27,213 bases of DNA from the NCBI GenBank assembly GCA_043819135.1, contig JBDRFG010000050.1:1-27213 (forward strand), in the 5' to 3' direction. The DNA comes from Candidatus Eiseniibacteriota bacterium (GTDB taxonomy: Bacteria > Joyebacterota > Joyebacteria > Joyebacterales > Joyebacteraceae). The position numbers and the translations under genes are program-made. Each line of letters begins with the position of its first letter. The first letter of the stretch is position 1. The notes beneath the pieces are model-generated. The model saw only the letters and a list, made by a program, of their open reading frames with translations, had not been told where the DNA came from and did no database searches. This document shows positions 8,261 through 15,343 of the stretch, one piece after another.

Positions 8261-10444
8261 CTATTTGACGAGCAGCATCTTCCTCGTCATCTCCGTCTCC
8301 GGAGTGACCAGTTTGTAGAAGTAGACACCGGACGACAACTCGTGCCCGCTGTCATCGCGGCCGTCCCAGACGACCTCGCGCCTGCCCTCAGGCTCGAATC
8401 CGTCGATGAGACTGCGAACCAGTCGACCGCCGACGTCGTAGACCTCGATGCTGACGTCACAGCCGCCGGCCGGCACCTCGTACTGGATGGTCGTGTTCGG
8501 ATTGAACGGGTTCGGGACGTTCTGGTGCAGCCCCGACCGCTCGGGGATCGTCTGGTCGACGCCCGTGCCGTAGTTGCTTCTGAGCGCGAACGCCAGATCG
8601 ATCGACTCGAACTCCCACGCGTGGCCGTCCGGGTAGATGAGCTCATACCACGGTCCGACGTAGGGCTCCTGTCCGGTGCCCCAGACAGCGTCGTCGTTCC
8701 AGTGGTCGGTCGATGTCTTCCATCCGAAGGAGGCATCGATGTCGAGCGGCTCCGCCTGAAGGTCGAGCCAGTACACTACCGGCTGGTCGGGCATGCCGAT
8801 CTGGTGGAAAGCCTCCTCTGGCGGCATGTTGAAAATGTAGTGCCAGCAGGTCCAGTCGGCCGGGAACGTGTAGACGTCCGGCGGATTGAGCCAGCCTTCC
8901 GCGATGTTCTCCGCCCATATACCGACAAGGAACTCGCCCGGGGCGAAATCGCGCGCCCAGAGTAGCTCACCGGGCCTGCTGTAGAACTCCGGTGGATCGG
9001 CCGGTATGTCCCTGTGGATGCTGAGTGTGAATTTCACAGCCACCGGGTCGCCGCCGAAGGGCAGGTAGTCGCCAAGCCACGAACCCCAGATGTGGATCTC
9101 GTCCACGCGTCCAGGCTCGGTGCACTCCCAGTCGTCCGCCAGGATGAACGGAAGCGTCGCGTTGACGTCTATGCCCGTGATGTCGAGGTCGGGACGCTGT
9201 ATCCACTTCCATACCTCTTCTTCGACGATCAGGACCTCATAGTCCTCAACCTCTCCGTCGGGCGCCCAGCCCGTTTCTGAGAGCCCGCCTACGGTGCTGT
9301 AGCGGAATCGCGCGTAGGTCGTCAGACCCGGAACAGCAGACGCCGGAACAGCAATGGGAACAGTCACGGTGCCGCCTGAATGCGGGAAGCTCGTGAGCAC
9401 CTGCTCGCCCGCCCAGCTTCCGTCGCCGTTCCAGTCGATCCAGGCGTCTATGAACCCACCCGCGGAGGTGGTGATGTCGACGTTCGCCGTGCCACCGGGC
9501 GTGAACGGCGTGAGGAAGTTGACACCATCCTCGTCGTCGATACCGGTGTTGTCGTCGCCGAGCGCGTTCGGGTCGGGCAGACCGTCGACCTCGGCGTCGA
9601 TGCTCGCGCCCATGAAGACCCCGGCCACGATCGCATGATTGGCTCCGAGATTCGCCGCGTAGGTTGGATAGCTGGGATCCGGCGCATCGCCCCAATCGAG
9701 TTCGTCAACCTGATCTCCACCGGTGATGACGAACGCGAGGTCGATCGACTGGCCCAGCATCACGTGGTCTTCCGGGTAGATGAGCTCGTACCAAGGTCCG
9801 AGGTAGGGCTCCTCACCCGTTCCCCAGACAGCGTCGTCGTTCCAGTGGTCGAGCGACGTCTTCCAACCGAACCAGGCCTCCCCGTCGTGCGGAGTGGCCT
9901 GCACGTCGAGCCAGTAGACAACCGGTTCCAGCTCAGTGCCCTGCTGAATGAACGCCTGCGCTTCGTCCATGAAGAAGTTGTACTGCCAGCAGACGTGGTC
10001 TCCCGGGAACTCGTAGGAATCGGGCGGCTCCATCCAGCCCTCGTTGATTCCCGCCTCCCAGACCCGCGCCTGGAACTCGCCCGCAGCGCCGTCGAAGTAC
10101 TTGTACCACAGTACGTTTCCGGGCCTGCTGTAGTCGATGCCGTCTGTTCCCGCCGGGATGTCTTCATGAATGCTCAGAATGAAGGAAACGGCATTCGGAT
10201 CCACGTCGAACGGCAGGTAGTCGTGGTACCAGGATCCCCAGATGTGGACGTCCGTGATGGGACCGGTCTCGGTGCAGGGGAAGTCGTCTGCCAGGATGTA
10301 GTACGGGAAGGACGCGTTGACGTCTATCCCCGTCGGGGCGAGGTCAGGGAACTGCACCCACTTCGCCGGATCCTCAGGATTCCAATCCGCCGCCGCCGGA
10401 ATCGCCAGCGACATGATGACTGCAAGAACGATCAGCTTCTTCAC
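8261..10444 (-). CDS. Secreted acidic protein: repeat domain - GEVED domain - repeat domain - FlgD-Ig/T9SS-like C-terminal domain
   Basis: GTG 10444 with RBS and signal peptide (VKKLIVLAVIMSLAIPAAA). Two homologous domains of about 210 aa (KWxQxPDL..TGIDVNA..LADD..C..IHIWGSW..YWLD..FGWKTS.DHWNDDAVWG..SIDLAF), a central DWGDAP...GEVEDY module, and a C-terminal HQNVPNPFNP...SGVYFY...KMLLVK. Confidence 0.9.
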   Translation of the reverse strand: MKKLIVLAVIMSLAIPAAADWNPEDPAKWVQFPDLAPTGIDVNASFPYYILADDFPCTETGPITDVHIWGSWYHDYLPFDVDPNAVSFILSIHEDIPAGTDGIDYSRPGNVLWYKYFDGAAGEFQARVWEAGINEGWMEPPDSYEFPGDHVCWQYNFFMDEAQAFIQQGTELEPVVYWLDVQATPHDGEAWFGWKTSLDHWNDDAVWGTGEEPYLGPWYELIYPEDHVMLGQSIDLAFVITGGDQVDELDWGDAPDPSYPTYAANLGANHAIVAGVFMGASIDAEVDGLPDPNALGDDNTGIDDEDGVNFLTPFTPGGTANVDITTSAGGFIDAWIDWNGDGSWAGEQVLTSFPHSGGTVTVPIAVPASAVPGLTTYARFRYSTVGGLSETGWAPDGEVEDYEVLIVEEEVWKWIQRPDLDITGIDVNATLPFILADDWECTEPGRVDEIHIWGSWLGDYLPFGGDPVAVKFTLSIHRDIPADPPEFYSRPGELLWARDFAPGEFLVGIWAENIAEGWLNPPDVYTFPADWTCWHYIFNMPPEEAFHQIGMPDQPVVYWLDLQAEPLDIDASFGWKTSTDHWNDDAVWGTGQEPYVGPWYELIYPDGHAWEFESIDLAFALRSNYGTGVDQTIPERSGLHQNVPNPFNPNTTIQYEVPAGGCDVSIEVYDVGGRLVRSLIDGFEPEGRREVVWDGRDDSGHELSSGVYFYKLVTPETEMTRKMLLVK

Positions 10445-10647
10445 TCTCCTAGCCCTCCCCGCATCTGTGGTGAGACGTTCACGCCTCACCGGGTTCAAAG
10501 AGTCGCACCGAAGGATTCCCTGCGCTCCCGCTGCTCCATCGCCTCCTCCCGAGGACGCTTCTCAACGGCCGCAACGTGACGGCCGCGGGAGCTTCTGGTT
10601 GTTTAGATCGCCTTTGTGCCTTGCGACTGCCAGTCATTCGACGGCCA

Positions 10648-10676
10648 ACCATACCACAAATCCCACGTTGTCGCAA
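10648..10676 (-). promoter_or_regulatory. sigma70 promoter with extended -10
   Basis: Minus strand TTGCGA-N17-TATGGT with TGTGG directly upstream of the -10. Confidence 0.55.
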
Positions 10677-10823
10677 GAGCATTACGCGCCCGCGGGTCCA
10701 TTCCCGATTCCCCGGCCGCGTGCGCGGCCGGGGTCCGGTGGCAGCGGAGTGCCTTCCGCACAGGGGGGTACCTGTACAGACAATACAGTCGCGGTCCGCT
10801 GGAAGTTGGCGAAAAACTGAAGA

Positions 10824-10842
10824 CGGCCCGGGGACCGGGCCG
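10824..10842 (-). terminator. Intrinsic terminator after the GH53 gene
   Basis: CGGCCCGG/CCGGGCCG stem followed by TCTTCAGTTTTT on the minus strand. Confidence 0.65.
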
Positions 10843-10889
10843 CTGCCGAGGGGAGCATCCTCTGTGGGACGGATACAGTGCAGGCGAGG

Positions 10890-13055
10890 CTATCTGACCA
10901 GTACAACCTTGCTGAACGCGAACTGGTCTCTGGCCTCGAGCCGGAAGAGGTAGACACCGCTCGCCACCGGCCTGCCGGAGCTGTCCCTCCCGTTCCAGTC
11001 GAGGGAGTGACTGCCGCCCTCCAGGAACTCGTCGGCGAGGACCGCGACCAGCCGGCCGCTCGTATCGAACACGCGCGCCGACACGCGCGCCCCGCCGCCC
11101 GGGACCTCGCACGCCAGCGATGTGCTCGATTCGAACGGATTCGGCCGTGGCGGTTTCAGTGAAGGCGCGACGCCGTGTCCCTCCCCCACGTCCGGATCGC
11201 ACTCGGGAACCGACGTCGCCGTCGGAATCGAGAACCCCAGCGCCGGGAGAGCTTCGCCGTCGAAGTCGAAAAGAGTGAGATTCTCGTAGGGGTTCCCCGG
11301 ACCACCGGGAACGGTCAGGTAGTCCGGCTCCCAGTAGGCGGCGCCGGTGCCCAGCCCGCCCGGCACGCTCTCGATGATGGCCATCAGTTCCGTGAGGAAG
11401 GCCTCCTGCCCCTCTGGAGTCGCGTCGTACCCGGCGTGCAGGTCATCGGAAGAGTCGACGAAGTTCCCGGTGGAATCGTTGCCCTCGAGCGTCCAGGGAT
11501 ACGCGGTCTCGACCACCATTATCCGTCGCCCGTAGCGCGCCGCCAGGTCGTGCATGTTAGCACGGAGATCGCCCAGCGTGCCGTGCCACCACGGATAGAA
11601 CGAGAGCCCTATCACGTCGAAGTCCACGCCCTCCGCCGTCACGCCGTCGAAGAACCAGCGGCAGGCTCCGTTGTTGCCACCGCTGTCGACGTGGATGACG
11701 ATCCTGGGCCACTCCCCCTCCGGGAGGCTGTCGCGGACCCCGGACACCCCGGCCGCGAGCAGCTGACCGAGCTGCGACCACTGCTGCGGCGTGTCCCACG
11801 CGCCCCCGACGTGACCGTCGTCCCAGAGCATGCCGGCGGTGATCTCGTTGCCGATCTGGACGTAGTCCGGGAGGACTCCCGCGTCGCGGAACCCGCCGAT
11901 GACCGAGTTCGTGTAGCCGTAGACGGAGTCAACCAACGCCGGGAACGCCAGAGCCTCCCACGCGGCGGGCTTGCTCTGATGTCCGGGGTCGGCCCAGGTG
12001 TCCGAGTAGTGGAGGTCCAGCATCAGCCTGTGGCCCGCCGCCTTCGCGGCGACTGCGTGCGCGACCGTCGCGTCGAGTCCGTGCCAGGGCTCCGCGGGCG
12101 TGTGCCACAACCTGAGCCGGACCAGGCTGAAGCCGTGGTCGGCGAACATGCCGAGCGGTTCGCCGGGCGCGCCGTCGACGCTGTACTCGGCGCCGAGCGA
12201 CTGGAGCTGAGGAAGGAACGAGAGGTCGGCGCCCAGGACTATCTCGTGCGGTTCCCAGCCCGCGCCGTGGTCGAAGACGGCATCGCCCACCACGTACTCC
12301 ACGTAGCCGTTGCCGTCCGGAGGCGGAAGGTCGTCGCTCTCGTCACCGATGACGACGAAGCTCCTGTCCTCGATGTTGTTCTCCCAAGTGACGTCGCCCG
12401 GATCGCCGTCGTTCATGACGACGAATTTGTGGCGAACGGGGAAGTTGGTGAGCCCGTCGAACTCCACCCACACGGAGTACGTGAGACCGGCGCCCTCCCT
12501 CTCGAGCACGACCCCGTCATCCGTCCAGTCGCCGAGTGCGGCGTGTCCGCCGCGTACGGCCACGAGGTCGACGCCGGGGTCGAACCTGCCACTGGCCTCC
12601 TCCCGCGACATGTCCACCGCGAACAGGACCTCGGTGTCCTGGGGCGGTATGAGCACCGTCTCGTCGTCGTCGAACCAGACGACGTCGAGCACGGCGTCAC
12701 CCACCGCGGTGAGGACGCGATTGTCGATGGAGGACTCCCAACGGTCAGGACCGACCGAGGGAACGATCACGTACTTGTACTCGTAGTAGCCCGGGGTCAG
12801 TTCGAGGACGAACTCGTAGACATGGTCGGTGTCGGGGTCGGACAGGACATCGACGACTCCCGACCACGCGTTGAAGGTGCCGCGCACGACCACCAGATCG
12901 GACGCGGCATCGAAGAGCCCGTGGCCGACCTGAGTGGACATGTCGACCCTGAAGGTCACGTCGGCGGCAAGAGAGGTTCCGCAGAAGGCAAACAGCACGA
13001 CGGACATCAGCCAGACGGGGACAGGCGCGTGGAGTGGTCTCTCGTTCCGTTTCAT
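10890..13055 (-). CDS. GH53 endo-beta-1,4-galactanase with two N-terminal CBM20/48-like domains and an FlgD-Ig C-terminal domain
   Basis: GADLSF, VRLRLW, LDLHYSDTWADPGHQSKPAAW, QIGNEI (acid/base Glu), IGLSFYPWWHG, VETAYP (nucleophile Glu) and YWEP. Two N-terminal V(T/L)FxVDM repeats and a C-terminal PNPF...SGVY domain. Confidence 0.93.
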   Translation of the reverse strand: MKRNERPLHAPVPVWLMSVVLFAFCGTSLAADVTFRVDMSTQVGHGLFDAASDLVVVRGTFNAWSGVVDVLSDPDTDHVYEFVLELTPGYYEYKYVIVPSVGPDRWESSIDNRVLTAVGDAVLDVVWFDDDETVLIPPQDTEVLFAVDMSREEASGRFDPGVDLVAVRGGHAALGDWTDDGVVLEREGAGLTYSVWVEFDGLTNFPVRHKFVVMNDGDPGDVTWENNIEDRSFVVIGDESDDLPPPDGNGYVEYVVGDAVFDHGAGWEPHEIVLGADLSFLPQLQSLGAEYSVDGAPGEPLGMFADHGFSLVRLRLWHTPAEPWHGLDATVAHAVAAKAAGHRLMLDLHYSDTWADPGHQSKPAAWEALAFPALVDSVYGYTNSVIGGFRDAGVLPDYVQIGNEITAGMLWDDGHVGGAWDTPQQWSQLGQLLAAGVSGVRDSLPEGEWPRIVIHVDSGGNNGACRWFFDGVTAEGVDFDVIGLSFYPWWHGTLGDLRANMHDLAARYGRRIMVVETAYPWTLEGNDSTGNFVDSSDDLHAGYDATPEGQEAFLTELMAIIESVPGGLGTGAAYWEPDYLTVPGGPGNPYENLTLFDFDGEALPALGFSIPTATSVPECDPDVGEGHGVAPSLKPPRPNPFESSTSLACEVPGGGARVSARVFDTSGRLVAVLADEFLEGGSHSLDWNGRDSSGRPVASGVYLFRLEARDQFAFSKVVLVR

Positions 13056-13066
13056 GCTCTACTATA

Positions 13067-13534
13067 TCACATGTGCGGCCGTTCGGGCGCGGCTATGACC
13101 GAAACCGCGCCCGGGGCCATTGCAGGCCACTCCGTGGCGTCATCGGTGAACCAGTCGATCTGGTAGATCTTCCAGTCGTTGTTCTCCTTGAGGAGCGTGA
13201 CCGACACTGGAATGCTCTGTCCGCTCTTCGTCTGCACCTCTCCGTCCAGGAAGCCCTCGTCTCCTGACACCGAGCGCTCCCGCCACGTCGAGTCGGAGTA
13301 CTCCGCCAGCGCGCTCTCCTGAGCGAACGACCGCAACTCTTCGATCGTGGTGTTGCCGTGGAATTCCTCCGACAGGCTGGCGTACGCGGTGTCGTAGTCT
13401 CCCTTCTCGAGCGCGGAGAAGAACGCGTCCGCGGTGGTCACGAGCCCCCCGGTCATGCCGAACACGACCGCAAGCATGGCGACTCCAAACACGCCGAACA
13501 CCAGTAGTATGATGACGAACAGTTTCTTGCTCAT
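13067..13534 (-). CDS. Membrane-anchored NTF2-like protein (DUF4864/DUF4878-like)
   Basis: N-terminal TM helix, ADAFFSALEKGDYDTAYASLSEEF, and C-terminal LLKENNDWKI. Confidence 0.7.
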   Translation of the reverse strand: MSKKLFVIILLVFGVFGVAMLAVVFGMTGGLVTTADAFFSALEKGDYDTAYASLSEEFHGNTTIEELRSFAQESALAEYSDSTWRERSVSGDEGFLDGEVQTKSGQSIPVSVTLLKENNDWKIYQIDWFTDDATEWPAMAPGAVSVIAAPERPHM

Positions 13535-13571
13535 CGTTCCCCCCGGGTCTGCCTGTTTTCCTGGAGCTTGC

Positions 13572-15065
13572 TCAGTTCCTGTGCGCTTCCTCGGACGACT
13601 CCGCCGCCTCTTCCTGAGCGAACACGTTGTACTGCCCCCACACCAGAGGCACGTGCGAGATGACGTGGCGCGCCTTCCCCACTGGTGACTTGGGGATCTC
13701 CATCACCCTCTCGACGCGCACCTCCACCTCCGGCCCGAGTCGCCTGCGAAAGTACTCCTTGACGCCATCCCGCTCTCTGTCGGTCACGGGCTTCCCGGTC
13801 ACGACCACCATCCGTATGAGGTCGATGCGTTCCTGTATCACCTGCCAGTCGCTCACGCTCTCGATCATGCGCACGGACCACCCCACGTTCCGTCCGGCCA
13901 TCATCCGGCCGTCCGGCAGCACGACGACGTCGTTCGCGCGGGAAGCCAACCCGTCGAGCATCGAGAGCGTCCGCCCGCAGGAGCACCGCCTGTCCGAGAC
14001 CGCGCCGATGTCGCCGCACGCGTAGCGAAGGAGCGGCATGCCCTTGTTGTGAAGACTCGTTCCCACGAGGAGCCCCGTGGTCCCGGTCGGGACCGGATCA
14101 CCCTCGCTGTCCACCACCTCGGTGATGCCGTACTCCTCGTAAAGGTGCAGACCGTCGTGCTTCTCACACTCGGTTGAGAACACCACTCGTTCGGCCTGAC
14201 CGTAGGCGTCGAAGACGCGGGTGCAAAAACGTTCCTCGATGACGCGACGTTGCTCACTAAGAAGCGGCTCGCCTGTGGTGATGACACAGGTCAGCGGCAC
14301 GTAGTCGTCTCTTTCTTCGAGGAAGCAAGCGAGAATGTAGGCGGCCGAGGGGTACGTCTCCAGGGACTTCGCTCCGAATCGCCGCAGCTCATCCATGTAG
14401 TAGGGCAGGTTGGCGTCGCTCATGTGCAGGGTCGACAGGCGCAGCTGATCCCATGCGGGATTGTAGCGCCAGAAAGGGGGTCCCTTCTGAGACGGTGGGA
14501 CCGTGGGCTTACCCTGCATTATCGCGATCGGCGTGCCCTGAGGGACGCCGGTCCATCTCCTCATCCTCATGTAGCAGGCGTGGTTCATGACTGCGATCGA
14601 CCGGTCCCAGTAGACCGTAAGTGGCGTACCGGTCGACGCCGACGTAGTGGCCGTCCTGAGGTCCTTCTTCTTGAACGCGCTCGAGAGAAGAAGCGTACCG
14701 GCCGCGCGGACGTCCTCTTTGTGCAGCACCGGTAGCCTGGTGAGATCCTGGATGGTTGAGATGTCGGCGGGCTTGAGCCTCCGCTCGTCCATGACTTCGC
14801 GGTAGTACGGCACCGTCTCGTACGCGTGGCACACTATCTCGCGGAGCTTCGCCTTTTGGTATGCCCGGATCTCGTCCGGGTTCGACCGCTCCGAAGCTTC
14901 GAGGTACCGCGACAGCTCATCGTACTCGGGGCCGTACCGCAACTCGTAGACCTTACGCCCGTGCCGGGCAACCAGAGCATTCTGAACGGAGAGCGGGAGG
15001 CTCCCATAGATCAGATGCCGGAAGTACCAGCGCGTCAGCGTCGCATCCCACTTGCCGAGCCCCAT
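13572..15065 (-). CDS. Phenylacetate-CoA ligase/CapK-like adenylate-forming enzyme
   Basis: HAYETVPYYR, LPVLHKEDVR, P-loop variant TSASTGTP, YPS, TGE, DAYGQAE, MPLLRYACGD and GKAR. Confidence 0.9.
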   Translation of the reverse strand: MGLGKWDATLTRWYFRHLIYGSLPLSVQNALVARHGRKVYELRYGPEYDELSRYLEASERSNPDEIRAYQKAKLREIVCHAYETVPYYREVMDERRLKPADISTIQDLTRLPVLHKEDVRAAGTLLLSSAFKKKDLRTATTSASTGTPLTVYWDRSIAVMNHACYMRMRRWTGVPQGTPIAIMQGKPTVPPSQKGPPFWRYNPAWDQLRLSTLHMSDANLPYYMDELRRFGAKSLETYPSAAYILACFLEERDDYVPLTCVITTGEPLLSEQRRVIEERFCTRVFDAYGQAERVVFSTECEKHDGLHLYEEYGITEVVDSEGDPVPTGTTGLLVGTSLHNKGMPLLRYACGDIGAVSDRRCSCGRTLSMLDGLASRANDVVVLPDGRMMAGRNVGWSVRMIESVSDWQVIQERIDLIRMVVVTGKPVTDRERDGVKEYFRRRLGPEVEVRVERVMEIPKSPVGKARHVISHVPLVWGQYNVFAQEEAAESSEEAHRN

Positions 15066-15141
15066 GCCTCAGAACCCCTCTTCATCAGGCCACACGCGGA
15101 CGACCACTCACGCCGAAACACGAGAGCAACAGAGGGCAGCC

Positions 15142-15157
15142 TGCAAGAATGAGGCCG
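15142..15157 (-). promoter_or_regulatory. Candidate sigma54 promoter of the CapK-like gene
   Basis: Minus strand CGGCCTCATTCTTGCA: GG-N10-GC with a consensus TTGCA, about 75 nt upstream of the ATG. Confidence 0.45.
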
Positions 15158-15315
15158 GTCAACGCAGAGCGTCATCGGAGGCGCTGGGAGCGTTGTCCCC
15201 TCCGTTCGGCTCAAGCGGAGCGACAACCGGTTCGATCACGGCGGATGACCTTACCACGACCGAGCACCGGCTTCAACTGGGCTGGGGAAGCGTGAGACGC
15301 GACCAACGAACCTGA

Positions 15316-15341
15316 CGGAACGGTCGAGCCCGACCGTTCCG
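15316..15341. terminator. Hairpin immediately after the nuclease stop codon
   Basis: Perfect 11-bp stem CGGAACGGTCG-AGCC-CGACCGTTCCG. No U-tract. Confidence 0.55.
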
Positions 15342-15343
15342 GG

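Noticed and set aside
10560..10640. c-di-GMP-I riboswitch-like words (GGCA..GCAA..ACAAA..CTAA) in the leader of the GEVED protein gene
   Set aside because: Lacks the GGCAAA-P2-GNRA and receptor helix architecture. An Infernal scan would be needed to be certain.
11175..13166. Long + strand ORF (663 aa), and similar ones at 239-1072, 6440-7804, 9380-10579, 18949-20460 and 25799-26815
   Set aside because: Antisense shadows of well-supported genes in GC-rich DNA, with Arg/Gly/Val-rich composition and no motifs.
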